Shown here piece after piece: positions 57,687 through 58,228 of a stretch of DNA of 58,228 nucleotides. The notes beneath the pieces are model-generated. The model worked only from the letters and a program-made list of their open reading frames with translations, did no database searches and had not been told where the DNA came from. Made by a program: the position numbers and the translations under genes. Position 1 is the first letter of the stretch, and each line of letters begins with the position of its first letter. The stretch is from NCBI GenBank assembly GCA_031372065.1, contig JANMKN010000250.1, positions 1 to 58,228 on the forward strand. The letters run 5' to 3'. Source of the DNA: Abditibacteriaceae bacterium (GTDB lineage Bacteria; Armatimonadota; Abditibacteriia; Abditibacteriales; Abditibacteriaceae).

Positions 57687-58228
57687 GTTTTCTCAACTTG
57701 ATGCGTTGTCGCTTTCTCGATGCGCGGGTCAGGAATAAACCATAGAATCGCCACAACAATATACAAACTGAAACCCAGCCAATTATTCACAAACGAAAGT
57801 CCAATCGCCGCGCAATAAATGGCAATGGAAACTTTTCCTTTCACGTCGCTACCGATGGCGCGCGCTAATTTGGAATCTGGCCCATGCTGACGAATCAATT
57901 GCACCGTCAAAATGGTGTAAGCGATGGCCGCCATCAGCAAAACGATGCCGTAACAAGCCACCGGAACAGCCGAAAAGTGGTTTTCACCCATCCACGCCGT
58001 CACAAAAGGCACCAGCGACAGCCAAAACAGCAAATGCAAATTCGCCCACAAAATCGGGCCGTTCACTTCGTCTGCCGAGTGCAACAAATGATGGTGATTG
58101 TTCCAGTAAATGCCAACGTAAACAAAACTGAGCAGATAGCTGAAAAATACTGGCATCAGCGGGCGCAAGGCTTCAAGAGTGGCACCGTGCGGCGGCTTCA
58201 TCTCCAAAACCATGATCGTGATGATGAT
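57671..58228 (-). CDS. TMEM175 (DUF1211) potassium channel, 5' end outside the window
   Basis: IIITIMVLEMK, SFVYVGIYWNNHHH, SLVPFVTAWMG. Confidence 0.9.
   Translation of the reverse strand: MIITIMVLEMKPPHGATLEALRPLMPVFFSYLLSFVYVGIYWNNHHHLLHSADEVNGPILWANLHLLFWLSLVPFVTAWMGENHFSAVPVACYGIVLLMAAIAYTILTVQLIRQHGPDSKLARAIGSDVKGKVSIAIYCAAIGLSFVNNWLGFSLYIVVAILWFIPDPRIEKATTHQVEKTKSGP

Noticed and set aside
1..58228. tRNA, rRNA, integrase, transposase or prophage genes
   Set aside because: None recognisable in the sequence or ORF track

Overview
Bacterial chromosomal window, probably from an Armatimonadota/Abditibacterium-like diderm (inference from the DUF1559 H-X9-DG prepilin-like gene, the Lpt genes and gene content; not verified). 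Core content: a PfkB kinase, NlpC/P60 peptidase, thiE/thiL, SPFH, RidA, DegP, a phosphate uptake cluster (porin, two pstS, pstCAB, phoU), a PilB/GspE ATPase, LptF/G and LptD-like genes, a sigma-70 factor, moaDE, a DinG-like helicase, a spermidine-synthase-like membrane protein and TMEM175. Four things stand out. (1) A candidate protease-cascade conflict system at 14.5-25.3 kb: CHAT-STAND-TPR, a gingipain-like C25 peptidase and two small genes, where the last three proteins share a domain I cannot name; a secreted TPR-caspase lies divergent from it. (2) Five unrelated intergenic arrays with about 21-bp periodicity, several starting from or centred on a palindrome, one directly behind a small helical hypothetical gene. 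(3) Six 11-bp-period TTAA boxes (putative Pho boxes) that appear to extend the Pho regulon to a 59-aa ORF missing from the ORF track, a PilB operon and a prepilin-like gene. (4) A toxin-antitoxin module bounded by a perfect 34-bp duplication of a gene 3' end, with a nonsense codon in the toxin. All family calls come from motif recognition by eye, not from database searches.
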